Positions 8,793 to 17,721 of a stretch of DNA of 64,000 nucleotides are shown here, piece after piece. Position 1 is the first letter of the stretch. Each line of letters starts with the position of its first letter. The notes below the pieces were generated by a model, which made no database searches, was not told the origin of the DNA, and saw only the letters and a program-made list of their open reading frames with translations. Made by a program: the position numbers and the translations under genes. The stretch covers positions 182,255 through 246,254 of the forward strand of contig JAHDPL010000020.1 in NCBI GenBank assembly GCA_018434355.1, written 5' to 3'. The DNA is from Sporomusaceae bacterium. GTDB lineage: Bacteria > Bacillota > Negativicutes > UBA1444.

Positions 8793-10196
8793 TTACCAGA
8801 GACCGACGATCTTCCACCAGAATGCGCCGAAGCCGATGAACACAACCAGGTTGACCAGCGAAATGATGAAACCGAGTTTCCACCAGGTCCCTTGCGGAAT
8901 ATAGCCCGAGCCGAAATAAATCGGCGCCGGTCCAGTCGCGTAGTGAGTGATGCCGCCGAACAGGGCGGAAATAACGCCCAGGCTCATCGCAGCCAAAAAC
9001 GGCGGCGCGCCGGCGCCCACCGCTACCGCCAGGAACGCGGCGTACATCGCGGTGACATGAGCCGACAGGCTGGCAAACGCATAATGCGAATACATATAGG
9101 CGATCAACAAAATCACCAGAGCGGTCATCCAGGGGATGCCGACGAGTGAACCGGCAATCAGCTTGGCGAACCAAGCGATGACGCCATACTTGGTCAGCGC
9201 ACTGGCTAGGCTGATCAGGCCGCCCATCCAGATTAGGGTATCCCAGGCGCCTTTTTCGGCCAGGATGTCTTTCCAGTCGATCGCCTTGCCGATCAGCATG
9301 ATGCCGACACCCAGCATGGCGACGATGGTTGCGTCGATTTTGGTGATGCTGCCGGTGGCCCAAAGGACCAGCGCCAACACGAACACGCCACTGACGATCT
9401 TTTCGCCGCTTGACATCGGTCCCATCTTTTCCAGTTCCTTGCGGGCGATTTCTTTCGCTTCCGGCGTCTTGTCGATTTCCGGCGGATAGATCTTATAAAG
9501 CAGATACGGCACAATTGCCAGCGAAATCAGGCCTGGCAGCACGGCAGCCAGCGCCCAGGTGCCCCAGCTGATCTGGACTTTGGCGGTTTGCAACGCCAGG
9601 ACCGCAACCAGCGTATTCGGCGCCACCGAAGTTAGAAACATCGCCGAAGTGATGGTGTTGCCCTGAAAAGCAGTCTTCATCAGATAAGCGCCGATTTTGC
9701 GCGACGAATCGCCCGGTTCGGAGCCGAAAGCCGAGCAGAGGCTGCGCACGATCGGATACATGATGCCGCCGGCACGGGCCGTGTTCGACGGGGTAGCCGG
9801 TGCGATGACCAGGTCGCTAAGTACCAGAGCGTAACCGAGTTTCAACGAGCTGTCGCCGATCGCGCCCATGATCTTGTAAGCGATCCGTTTACCGAGACCG
9901 GTTTTGATAAAGCCGAGCGCAAACAAAAACGCCGACACGATCAACCACATGATGCTCTGACCAAAGCCATTCAATGCTTCAGCCGGCGTCAGCGTCTTCG
10001 TCAAGCCGGCGATGCTGAGGGATATAAACGCAATCGCGCCAATGGGCAAAGGTTGAAGGATGAAACCGATGATGGTGGCGACAAAAATCGCCAGCAGATG
10101 CCAAGCCTGGGGCTTTAGCCCGGCCGGCGCAGGCAACAACCATAGGATAAGTCCGATAACAACCGCAATAAGTCCGTTTCTCAGGTCTTTGTTCAT
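8793..10196 (-). CDS. DASS-family (divalent anion:Na+ symporter / 2-oxoglutarate-malate translocator-like) dicarboxylate transporter
   Basis: 467-aa polytopic protein with two DASS-type SNT/ASN-like hairpin signatures (APATPSNTARAGG ... GPAPIYFGSGY). Confidence 0.8.
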   Translation of the reverse strand: MNKDLRNGLIAVVIGLILWLLPAPAGLKPQAWHLLAIFVATIIGFILQPLPIGAIAFISLSIAGLTKTLTPAEALNGFGQSIMWLIVSAFLFALGFIKTGLGKRIAYKIMGAIGDSSLKLGYALVLSDLVIAPATPSNTARAGGIMYPIVRSLCSAFGSEPGDSSRKIGAYLMKTAFQGNTITSAMFLTSVAPNTLVAVLALQTAKVQISWGTWALAAVLPGLISLAIVPYLLYKIYPPEIDKTPEAKEIARKELEKMGPMSSGEKIVSGVFVLALVLWATGSITKIDATIVAMLGVGIMLIGKAIDWKDILAEKGAWDTLIWMGGLISLASALTKYGVIAWFAKLIAGSLVGIPWMTALVILLIAYMYSHYAFASLSAHVTAMYAAFLAVAVGAGAPPFLAAMSLGVISALFGGITHYATGPAPIYFGSGYIPQGTWWKLGFIISLVNLVVFIGFGAFWWKIVGLW

Positions 10197-10371
10197 GAAT
10201 TCTCCCCCTTATATTTTTTCTTGTCCGTTTTGTTTCTTCGTTTGCCATGATATTTTTTTATCATGACAGGAAAAAACTGCAGAAAAAACTGGAATGAACC
10301 CCGAGGTAAAGACACCTGTCTACTGTTACTATAACATTCTGTCAGTTCAAATATCCAATAGATGACGAGAA

Positions 10372-10380
10372 TGATATAAT
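10372..10380 (+). promoter_or_regulatory. Extended -10 promoter element (TGaTATAAT) for the LysR gene, inside an AT-rich divergent intergenic region that is shared with the DASS transporter gene
   Basis: atgatataat lies 43 nt upstream of the ATG at 10423, and an RBS (agggaggga) follows it. Confidence 0.45.
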
Positions 10381-10422
10381 AAATAATTGTAATGATCCCA
10401 TGCTAACTTCAGGGAGGGACGT

Positions 10423-11325
10423 ATGGAAATCCGGCAATTGGAATACTTTGTTTCTGTGGTGGAAACCAATAGCTTTACCAAGGCGGCGGAAAAACAATAT
10501 GTCAGTCAGCCCTGCATCACTCACTCCATCCGCAAGCTGGAAGAAGAACTTGGCTTCGAACTGTTTGACCGCAGCCAGAAAAAGTCACCGTTGACGGATG
10601 AAGGCCGGCGATTCTATCTGCGCGCCTGCAATCTGCTGAATGAACTGCGCGACACGATGACGGAAATGAATGAACTGCGCAATCTGGCCCGTGGCACGAT
10701 CAACCTGGCCATCCCGCCGATGATCGGCAGTTGCCTGTTTCCGTATCTGTTCACCAGCTTTCAGACCCGCTACCCGCATCTGACGCTAAATGTCTGCGAA
10801 GAAGGGTCCTATTCGGCGCACCGGATGATCGAGCAGGAGGAGCTTGATCTCGGCATCATCATCTTGCCGCAGCACAATCCCGGCACGTTGGAAACCTTTT
10901 TCCTCACCCGGCAGGAAATCCTGCTGGCCGTCGCCAAAAACCATCGTCTGGCAAGTGCTTCTGCCGTGCCGTTTGCCGATTTGCGCCAGGAAAAATTCAT
11001 CCTGTTCAAGAGCAACTTTTTTCAACGGCACGCGATTTTGCAGCGCTGCCAGGACGAAGGAATCGAACCGGAAATCGTATTTAACTCCAGTCAGATCGAA
11101 ACGGTAAAATCGCTGGTTTCCCACGGCGTCGGCATCTCTTTCCTTATGCAGATGGCGTTGGAAGGACAGCCCGGCATCGCCGGCGTCTCGCTATATCCGC
11201 CGATCCATGTAAACATCGGCCTGGCCTGGAAAAAAGGCCGCCAGCTTTCTCCCTCGGCCAAGGCCTTTATCAATCTGGTATCGGCGCAGACAGAGGAAGC
11301 CCTGACCTTAAAAAAATGCCGCTGA
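10423..11325 (+). CDS. LysR-family transcriptional regulator
   Basis: The N-terminal HTH MEIRQLEYFVSVVETNSFTKAAEKQYVSQPCITHSIRKLEEELG is canonical for LysR. The gene is divergent from the transporter gene. Confidence 0.9.
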   Translation: MEIRQLEYFVSVVETNSFTKAAEKQYVSQPCITHSIRKLEEELGFELFDRSQKKSPLTDEGRRFYLRACNLLNELRDTMTEMNELRNLARGTINLAIPPMIGSCLFPYLFTSFQTRYPHLTLNVCEEGSYSAHRMIEQEELDLGIIILPQHNPGTLETFFLTRQEILLAVAKNHRLASASAVPFADLRQEKFILFKSNFFQRHAILQRCQDEGIEPEIVFNSSQIETVKSLVSHGVGISFLMQMALEGQPGIAGVSLYPPIHVNIGLAWKKGRQLSPSAKAFINLVSAQTEEALTLKKCR

Positions 11326-11326
11326 C

Positions 11327-11839
11327 TCAGCCCTGGCCGTACTGCTGTTTAATCAACGGCTTGATGCCGCCACTGGCCAGGATATTCATCACATACTCGG
11401 ATAGCGGCTGCGCCTGCATGGTTTCGCCGCTACTCAGGTTCGTGACCGTCCCTGTCGTCATGTCCAGGCTCAGGCTATCGCCCCGTTTGACTTTTTGACC
11501 GATACCGGGGCAGACAAGCAGCGGCACGCCTAGATTGATCGCATTGCGGTAAAAAATCCGTCCATAGGAATCGGCCAGGATCGCGCCGACGCCGGCGGCC
11601 TTCAGCGTCACCGCGGCGTGTTCACGGCTGGAGCCGCAGCCAAAGTTGGTGGAGGCAACGATCAAATCGCCTGGCTGAACTTCTTTGACAAAGTTTGGGT
11701 CAGCGCCTTCCATCGCATGTTTACCGACTTGGTCCGGGTCAGTGAGGTCGAGAAACCGGCCGGGATAAATTTGATCGGTATCGATGTTCGCTCCGTAAAC
11801 AAAGGCTTTGCCTTTCAATATCTGTTGCACGCTTTTCAC
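11327..11839 (-). CDS. Aconitase-family dehydratase small subunit (LeuD-like), paralog 1
   Basis: 170 aa containing DTDQIYPGRFL and [12 protein letters not shown]. Its start overlaps the large-subunit stop by 4 nt (ATGA). Confidence 0.85.
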   Translation of the reverse strand: MKSVQQILKGKAFVYGANIDTDQIYPGRFLDLTDPDQVGKHAMEGADPNFVKEVQPGDLIVASTNFGCGSSREHAAVTLKAAGVGAILADSYGRIFYRNAINLGVPLLVCPGIGQKVKRGDSLSLDMTTGTVTNLSSGETMQAQPLSEYVMNILASGGIKPLIKQQYGQG

Positions 11840-13095
11840 CCCTGCTTCAAGTATTCTGTCGGGTCAACGATTTTACCGGTCAGCGCAGCGGCAGCGACCG
11901 CCGCCGGCGAACCCAGGTAGATTTCGGCTTTGGGCGAACCCATGCGGCCGGGGAAATTGCGGCTTGATGCGGTGATACAGGTCTCGCCTGCCGCCAGCAT
12001 CCCTTCGTGCGTCCCCAGACAGGCGGCGCAGCCTGGCGTGACAAAGGTCGCCCCCGCTTCCACCAGCGTCTTCATCGTGCCGTTCGCCATTGCTTCCAGC
12101 AGCACTGCTTTGGACGCCGGCACCACGATGAACCGGGTGCGCGGGTTTATTTTTTTTCCCTGCAGGATTTTGGCCGCAATCGCCAGATCTTCGGCGCGGC
12201 CGCCGGTGCAGGTGCCAAGGAAGGCCTGGTTGACGGGAATCCCTGCGTATCTGGCCACCGGCGCTACGTTGTCGACGCTGTGCGGCGCGGCGATTTGCGG
12301 CGTCATGCCGGTTACGTCAAACGTGTGCTCCGCCGCATATTGATAGCCTGGGTCCGTCGTGAAAATTTCATATTCATGCTGCACTTTTCCCTGCAAAAAC
12401 TGCAGCGTGATCTCGTCTGGCTGGATATAGGCGGTTTTGGCGCCCAGTTCGGTGGTCATGTTGCAGAGGGCCATCCGCTCGGAAACGCTGAGTTGTTTCA
12501 GCACCGGCCCGGTAAATTCGACCCCGCGATACACGCCGTAGTCCGCGCCCAACGCGCCGATGACCTTAAGGATGATGTCTTTGGCGTAAACGCCCTGCGG
12601 CAACGTTCCTTCGAGATGAATCCGGATAATCTCGGGAATCCGGAACCATAGCTGTCCTGTCACCATGATGATCGCCAGGTCGGTGGCGCCGACGCCGGTG
12701 CCGAACGCACCGAACGCACCGTGAATCGTGGTGTGCGAATCGGTGATGACCAGTACCTGGCCGGGATAGACCAACCCTTTGTCGACCATGACCTGGTGGC
12801 AGACGCCCTGATCGACGTCCATCAGCAAGTCGATTCCCTGCTCCCAGCAAAATTCGCGGAACTGCTTCTGGTTGTCGGCCTGCATGATCGTGGACGCCGG
12901 CGCGTAGTGGTCGAGAAAAACCACGATCTTGTTCGGGTCATGGACTTTCTTGCCGCCCATCTCAAAAAACGAGCGCAGCGTCTGCAGATACAAATCGTTG
13001 ATTCCGGCCATATCGACCTTGCAATTGACAATCTCACCGGTTGTCACCGCCGCTTTGCCGGCGGCTTTGGCTAAGATTTTCTCTATCGCGTGCAT
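11836..13095 (-). CDS. Aconitase-family dehydratase large subunit (LeuC-like, short ~420-aa type), paralog 1
   Basis: The true start is MHAIEKILAKAAG, preceded by an AGGAGGG RBS; the track's N-terminal extension is rejected. Contains the DSHT, CNM and GCAACLG Fe-S motifs. Confidence 0.85.
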   Translation of the reverse strand: MHAIEKILAKAAGKAAVTTGEIVNCKVDMAGINDLYLQTLRSFFEMGGKKVHDPNKIVVFLDHYAPASTIMQADNQKQFREFCWEQGIDLLMDVDQGVCHQVMVDKGLVYPGQVLVITDSHTTIHGAFGAFGTGVGATDLAIIMVTGQLWFRIPEIIRIHLEGTLPQGVYAKDIILKVIGALGADYGVYRGVEFTGPVLKQLSVSERMALCNMTTELGAKTAYIQPDEITLQFLQGKVQHEYEIFTTDPGYQYAAEHTFDVTGMTPQIAAPHSVDNVAPVARYAGIPVNQAFLGTCTGGRAEDLAIAAKILQGKKINPRTRFIVVPASKAVLLEAMANGTMKTLVEAGATFVTPGCAACLGTHEGMLAAGETCITASSRNFPGRMGSPKAEIYLGSPAAVAAAALTGKIVDPTEYLKQG

Positions 13096-13195
13096 AACAA
13101 GCATCCCTCCTGACTTTTTTCCTGATTGGGGCGGGCAGTTCCGTTTCCTTTCCTGTCTACTCACACCTCCCCGCTTAATGTTCAACCACTATCTA

Positions 13196-13211
13196 TGCAA
13201 AAACAATGCCA
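13196..13211 (-). promoter_or_regulatory. Sigma-54 (-24/-12) promoter for the LeuCD-like operon
   Basis: Minus strand reads TGGCAT-tgttt-TTGCA, against the consensus TGGCAC-N5-TTGCA. It lies about 100 nt upstream of the start codon at 13095, and a sigma-54 activator gene is divergent from it. Confidence 0.7.
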
Positions 13212-13242
13212 ATCGTCAAAATCGGCTATTTTCGCAATACTC

Positions 13243-13278
13243 CGCAAAATTTTTGTTGCATTGAAACAATTTTTGCGG
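13243..13278. promoter_or_regulatory. Inverted repeat ccgcaaaa-N20-ttttgcgg; candidate enhancer (UAS) for the adjacent sigma-54 activator
   Basis: 8-bp arms seen directly, about 30-70 bp upstream of the -24 element. Confidence 0.35.
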
Positions 13279-13322
13279 TATTTTTGTTTTATAATGTTTT
13301 ATTTTGTTTCAGGAGGTAGCCG

Positions 13323-15203
13323 ATGATTAGCTTTCTTGCCCCTGACGGAAAAATATTCGCCACTGCCAAAACTACCCTTGCCGCCTCGCACCCTGACATT
13401 CGGATCGAACAGGGACTGCTCAGCGCCGGGGTCGAAAAAGCTGGAGAGCTGATTGACGCCGGAACAGAAATCATCATCAGTCGCGGCGGCACCGCCAAGG
13501 CGATCAAAGACGCCTTTCCGGCGATTATCGTGGTCGAACTGCCGATTACCGGCTTTGACATTCTGCGCACCGTCGACCAGGCTCGCAGGCTTGGCGGACG
13601 GATTGGCGTTGTCGCCTTTGCTTCGATGGTTGCCGGCATCGACTGCCTGCCGTCAATTCTCGGCGTTGAGCTATGTCAGTATCCGATTGAAAACGAATTC
13701 GAAGCCGAAGCCAAAGTACTGCAGGCCCGCCGCGATGGCGCCGAAGTCATTATCGGCGGTGTCATCACCGGCCAAACCGCCCGCAAACACAATCTGCCGC
13801 ACGTATTGATCGAGAGCGGCGGCGAAGGAATCCTGCAGGCAGCGCTGGAATCGAAGCGGATTTATGCAGCCCGCCTGGCCGAGAAAGTAAAAAGCAGCCT
13901 GTTCCGCACCGTGCTCGACTATTCCTACGAAGGCGTCATATCGATCAATCAGGACCGCCAGGTCGTCATCTGCAATCCGGCGGCAAGCAACCTCAGCGGT
14001 CGCAAGCAGGCGGAAACGCTCGGTCAGCCGATTGACAAGGTGTTGCCGCGGTTAAAATTGGAGCGAGTTCTGGCAACCGGCCAGCAAGAGTTGGGCCAGA
14101 TCATCGAGCTCGGCGGCAGCCAAATCCTCTGCAACAAAATTCCGATTCTGGTCGGCGGTCGCATCGCCGGCGCGGTGGCCACCTTTCAAGAAACTGGTAA
14201 GATCCAGCAATGGGAGGCCGCCATCCGCAAAAAAATCTATGCCGGTGGTCACATCGCTTCGTTTCAGTTCAGCGACATCATCGGCGCCAGCCCGGCAATC
14301 CAGGAAGCGATCAGCATGGCCCGCGAATTTGCCATCACCGACGCATCGGTGCTGATTACCGGTGAAACCGGCGTTGGCAAGGAAGTTTTCGCGCAAAGCA
14401 TCCACAACGCTAGTCCGCGCGCGCCAAAACCGTTTGTGGCAATCAACTGTGCAGCCTTGCCTGCTCAGATCCTTGAAAGCGAGTTGTTTGGTTACATGGG
14501 CGGCGCCTTCACCGGCGCCAACCCTAAAGGGAAATCCGGTTTGCTTGAAATCGCCCATGGCGGCAGTTTGTTTCTAGACGAAATCGCTGAAATGGATTAT
14601 GGCATCCAAAGCAAACTGCTGCGGGTGATCCAGGAAAAACGGGTGATGCGGCTTGGCAGCGACCGGGTCCTGCCGGTAGATGTCCGAATTATCGCCGCCA
14701 CCAACAAGAATCTCAAAACCCTAATTCTCGAGCAGAAATTTCGCGCCGACCTGTATTATCGGCTAAACGTACTTCGGCTCAACCTGCCGCCGCTACGGGA
14801 ACGCCGGCAGGATATCCCGCTGTTCGCCCGCCACCTGCTGAGTCGCAATGAAAAAGCAGCTCACCGCAAACTGCACTGGGGACCGGACGCCCTGGAACGA
14901 CTTGTCCGGAACGAATGGCCAGGCAATGTACGGGAGCTGCAAAATATCGTGGAACGGATCGTGGCGGTCTGCAAGCAGGATTACATCTCTGCCGAATTGA
15001 TCAGTCGCGTGATGCGGGATGACGACGATAAACCGGAAACCTCTGCCGCTGCCTGGTCGCCTTTCGACGAACACGAAACGATCCGGCAGGCGCTGGACCA
15101 AACCCATGGCCGATTGGCGGCCGCAGCCGAGTTGCTTGGCGTCAGTCGTTCGACGTTGTGGCGAAAAATGAAAACCCTGGGACTCAGTCCGCGCCGCCGC
15201 TGA
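13323..15203 (+). CDS. Sigma-54-dependent transcriptional activator with a PrpR-type N-terminal sensor domain, a PAS domain, an AAA+ domain and a C-terminal HTH
   Basis: 626 aa. The N-terminal 200 aa resemble the propionate-regulator sensor domain. AAA+ sigma-54 interaction motifs are present (GETGVGKE, GAFTGA, ESELFGY), and the C-terminus carries an HTH (LLGVSRSTLWRKMK). Confidence 0.85.
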   Translation: MISFLAPDGKIFATAKTTLAASHPDIRIEQGLLSAGVEKAGELIDAGTEIIISRGGTAKAIKDAFPAIIVVELPITGFDILRTVDQARRLGGRIGVVAFASMVAGIDCLPSILGVELCQYPIENEFEAEAKVLQARRDGAEVIIGGVITGQTARKHNLPHVLIESGGEGILQAALESKRIYAARLAEKVKSSLFRTVLDYSYEGVISINQDRQVVICNPAASNLSGRKQAETLGQPIDKVLPRLKLERVLATGQQELGQIIELGGSQILCNKIPILVGGRIAGAVATFQETGKIQQWEAAIRKKIYAGGHIASFQFSDIIGASPAIQEAISMAREFAITDASVLITGETGVGKEVFAQSIHNASPRAPKPFVAINCAALPAQILESELFGYMGGAFTGANPKGKSGLLEIAHGGSLFLDEIAEMDYGIQSKLLRVIQEKRVMRLGSDRVLPVDVRIIAATNKNLKTLILEQKFRADLYYRLNVLRLNLPPLRERRQDIPLFARHLLSRNEKAAHRKLHWGPDALERLVRNEWPGNVRELQNIVERIVAVCKQDYISAELISRVMRDDDDKPETSAAAWSPFDEHETIRQALDQTHGRLAAAAELLGVSRSTLWRKMKTLGLSPRRR

Positions 15204-16458
15204 CCAGCCGCGGCACAGTGAGGCTACCCATCGGCATCAGTGTGATCGACGGCGCCGGTCCGAGTTTGGCATACGCCAGCGCCAGCGCTTCCTGCATGTC
15301 TTTGGCCGGCGTAAACAGCAACATCCTGGCAAAATCGGGGTCCATACCGGAGACCAGAATGAATTCAGCCTTTTTCATCAAGCGGGTCACCGCATACGCC
15401 TTGTGAGCGCCGATCTGGAAGTCTTGCCGCACCGTAGCTTCCACTGCTTCCGGCGTGCCGCACTGCAGCATCATTTTTTCATACTGCGCCGAACCGGATC
15501 CTTCCTCACATTCGCCGAGGATGATCACTACGCCGCCTTCTCGGACAGCGCACCAAGCGTTGTCCATTGTTTTTTGCAGCTGATAGATGTTGATGTCTTT
15601 CGGATAGCCGCCGCAGGAAGCGATGACCAAGTCGGTTTCCTGCCGGATCGGCGCGCCGTAAACCTCATCGACGAAGGCGCAGGCTTCGCGGTGGGCGTTG
15701 ATGTAATGTCCGGCAAACACCTTCAGGAACTGTTTTTCTTCATTCAATACGACATTCAGCAAGAACGAAGGGCGACACATCTCGGCCCCCTCGATCTGGT
15801 CGTGATAGATCGGGTTGCCGTCAAGTTTGCCGATCACCGCGTTCGGATCAAACATCATGCTGTGATTCTTGCGGATGGTTTCGTAAGCCGCCACGCCGGG
15901 AAACAACGCCTTGCGTCCGCCGCCAAAGCCGGAAAAGAAATGGTGCACTACGCTGCCGGTCAGGATGATGTGGTCGGCTTCCGCCACTTTCTTATGGAAA
16001 TAGACCGGCGTCCCGCGCGAGGTCTCGCCAAAATACTGGAACTGCGACGGATCTTTGCAGTCGCTGTTGAACATTTTGATTTTCGCCGCGACATCGGCGC
16101 CGACTTCTTCGATCATCTCGGCTTCCGTCATCAAGCGGTGGCTGCCGAGCGCAAACACGATGCACATATCATCGTACGGCACGCCGACCGCATGGATTTC
16201 GTCAATCAAGACAGGCAGAAAGACATGGGTGTTTGCCACCCGGGTCGGGTCATTGACAATAAACGCGACGGTTTGCCCTGGACTCACGATCTCCCATAGC
16301 GGCGCCGCGCCGATCGGTTCGCGGATCGCCGCCTCCACCGCCGCGACCGGGTCCGCCAGCACCGGATAATCCTTGATTGCCAGTTCCGCCTTGACGAGTG
16401 CCGGGTCGAGCGAAAACTCCATCTGCCCATGACCATACTTGTAATGATACTGTTTCAT
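15184..16458 (-). CDS. LarA-family (nickel-pincer-nucleotide-dependent) 2-hydroxyacid racemase/epimerase homolog
   Basis: About 424 aa with a LarA-like N-terminal domain (DUF2088-type). The start was moved to MKQYHY. Its 3' end overlaps the convergent activator gene by 20 bp. Confidence 0.7.
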   Translation of the reverse strand: MKQYHYKYGHGQMEFSLDPALVKAELAIKDYPVLADPVAAVEAAIREPIGAAPLWEIVSPGQTVAFIVNDPTRVANTHVFLPVLIDEIHAVGVPYDDMCIVFALGSHRLMTEAEMIEEVGADVAAKIKMFNSDCKDPSQFQYFGETSRGTPVYFHKKVAEADHIILTGSVVHHFFSGFGGGRKALFPGVAAYETIRKNHSMMFDPNAVIGKLDGNPIYHDQIEGAEMCRPSFLLNVVLNEEKQFLKVFAGHYINAHREACAFVDEVYGAPIRQETDLVIASCGGYPKDINIYQLQKTMDNAWCAVREGGVVIILGECEEGSGSAQYEKMMLQCGTPEAVEATVRQDFQIGAHKAYAVTRLMKKAEFILVSGMDPDFARMLLFTPAKDMQEALALAYAKLGPAPSITLMPMGSLTVPRLVSGGAD

Positions 16459-16535
16459 GCGCACCGCCCCTTTTCGTTTTCATCAAGGGGTTACAATTAG
16501 TAACCCACCTAAACGCTTCTTCTGATTCCTGGTTA

Positions 16536-17273
16536 TTACGCCTCGTTCCGCCAGCCAATCAAGTCCTTGATCACTTCACCAGCCAAAATCAAGCCCGCCA
16601 CCGACGGCACAAATGAAATGCTGCCAGGAATCTGCCTACGTGAACTGCCGGCAGGAAATTGCTCCGTCGTTGCCAGCGGTTCCAGCGGCTTTTCCCGCGA
16701 ATATACCACTTTCAACGACTGTACGCCGCGGGCTCGCAGCTCATAACGCATCACTTTCGCCAGCGGACACATGCTGGTTTTATAAATATCCGCCACCTCG
16801 AACCGAGTCGGGTCCAGCTTATTGCCGGCGCCCATACAGCTAATTACAGGAATGCCTTTTGCCTGGCTTCGCACGATCAGGTCGATCTTGGCGCTGACCG
16901 TGTCAATCGCGTCCACGATGTAGTCATATTTTTCGCCGAAGAATTCCGCGGAATTCTCCGGCAAGTAGAACTTTTGAATGGTGGTGACCGCAGCCCGCGG
17001 ATTGATTTCCAGCACCCGCTCCCGCATCACCTCGACCTTCACTCGCCCCACCGTGCGCGTCGTAGCATGCAGTTGCCGGTTGAGATTGGTCAGGCAGATG
17101 CAGTCGTCATCAACCAGGGTCAATCCGCCTACGCCGGCGCGGGCCAGCGCTTCCACCGTAAAACTGCCGACGCCGCCGATGCCGAACACCGCCACCCGGC
17201 TGCCGACGAGTTTTTCCATCGCCGCCGCGCCAAGCAATAATTCGGTCCGTGAAAAAGCGTGCAATTCAGCCAT
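16536..17273 (-). CDS. tcdA: tRNA threonylcarbamoyladenosine dehydratase (ThiF/MoeB E1-like fold)
   Basis: Contains VAVFGIGGVGSFTVEALARAGVGGLTLVDDDCICLTNLNRQ. Confidence 0.75.
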   Translation of the reverse strand: MAELHAFSRTELLLGAAAMEKLVGSRVAVFGIGGVGSFTVEALARAGVGGLTLVDDDCICLTNLNRQLHATTRTVGRVKVEVMRERVLEINPRAAVTTIQKFYLPENSAEFFGEKYDYIVDAIDTVSAKIDLIVRSQAKGIPVISCMGAGNKLDPTRFEVADIYKTSMCPLAKVMRYELRARGVQSLKVVYSREKPLEPLATTEQFPAGSSRRQIPGSISFVPSVAGLILAGEVIKDLIGWRNEA

Positions 17274-17720
17274 TTACTCTTGCGCCCCGTTTGCCTTCTT
17301 ACGGGCATCGCCGGTAACATAAAACGTCGTTTTTCCTGCCGCGACCAGCGCCCCTTCACGGTTGCGGACTTCAACCGATCCGTTCGCAATCCGCTTCCCC
17401 TGAAAAACCACTCGCGCCGTGGCTGTCAGTTCGGTATCCAGCGCCACCTTGTCAAAATAATTCGTCGAAGTCTCGATTGTCACCAAATAAATCTGCAGCG
17501 TCCTCAGCGCCACCCCGGTCGCCATATCGACCAGCGCCGCCACCACGCCGCCATGGCCGATGCCATAGGTGTTGGCGTATTCCGGTCGCATCCTCAGCTT
17601 GACTTCGGCTTCGCCCCGCGCCAGCCGGACCACCCGCGCACCGAGAAACTGAAAAAACGGCACAGCGGCGTAATGCGCTTGCAAATCAGCCAAAAATTCC
17701 TTGTCATCCATTTGTTGCAC
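17274..17720 (-). CDS. PaaI/hotdog-fold acyl-CoA thioesterase
   Basis: 148 aa containing the YGIGHGGVVAALVDMATG motif. Directly abuts tcdA. Confidence 0.75.
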   Translation of the reverse strand: MQQMDDKEFLADLQAHYAAVPFFQFLGARVVRLARGEAEVKLRMRPEYANTYGIGHGGVVAALVDMATGVALRTLQIYLVTIETSTNYFDKVALDTELTATARVVFQGKRIANGSVEVRNREGALVAAGKTTFYVTGDARKKANGAQE

Positions 17721-17721
17721 C

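Noticed and set aside
11327-13095. LeuC/LeuD pair 1 considered as leucine-biosynthesis leuCD
   Set aside because: There is no leuA, leuB or ilv context, nor a T-box or leader. Instead there is a sigma-54 promoter and a PrpR-type activator, so a catabolic aconitase-family dehydratase is more likely. This was not rejected outright; see the findings.
11836-13185. N-terminal extensions in the ORF track. Examples are the LeuC-like ORF listed as 449 aa, fumB 219 aa, ndhL 506 aa, ndhS 239 aa, dmdB 196 aa, the ADH 412 aa, the SNF2 helicase 1118 aa and the ECF-S 235 aa.
   Set aside because: The track appears to extend each ORF to the furthest upstream ATG/GTG/TTG; for example, the hgd 'M' is actually a GTG codon. 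The extensions are Arg-rich, lack an RBS and overlap upstream genes. Starts were re-placed at the first Met or GTG that has a Shine-Dalgarno and a family-typical N-terminus.
16465-16535. GTTAC-aatta-GTAAC palindrome between larA-like and tcdA. Also searched for CRISPR arrays, tRNA/rRNA genes and IS elements across the window.
   Set aside because: The palindrome is only a 5-bp half-site, indistinguishable from chance. No repeat-spacer arrays, no tRNA-like cloverleaf-compatible segments, no transposase or integrase ORFs, and no flanking direct or inverted terminal repeats were recognised by eye.
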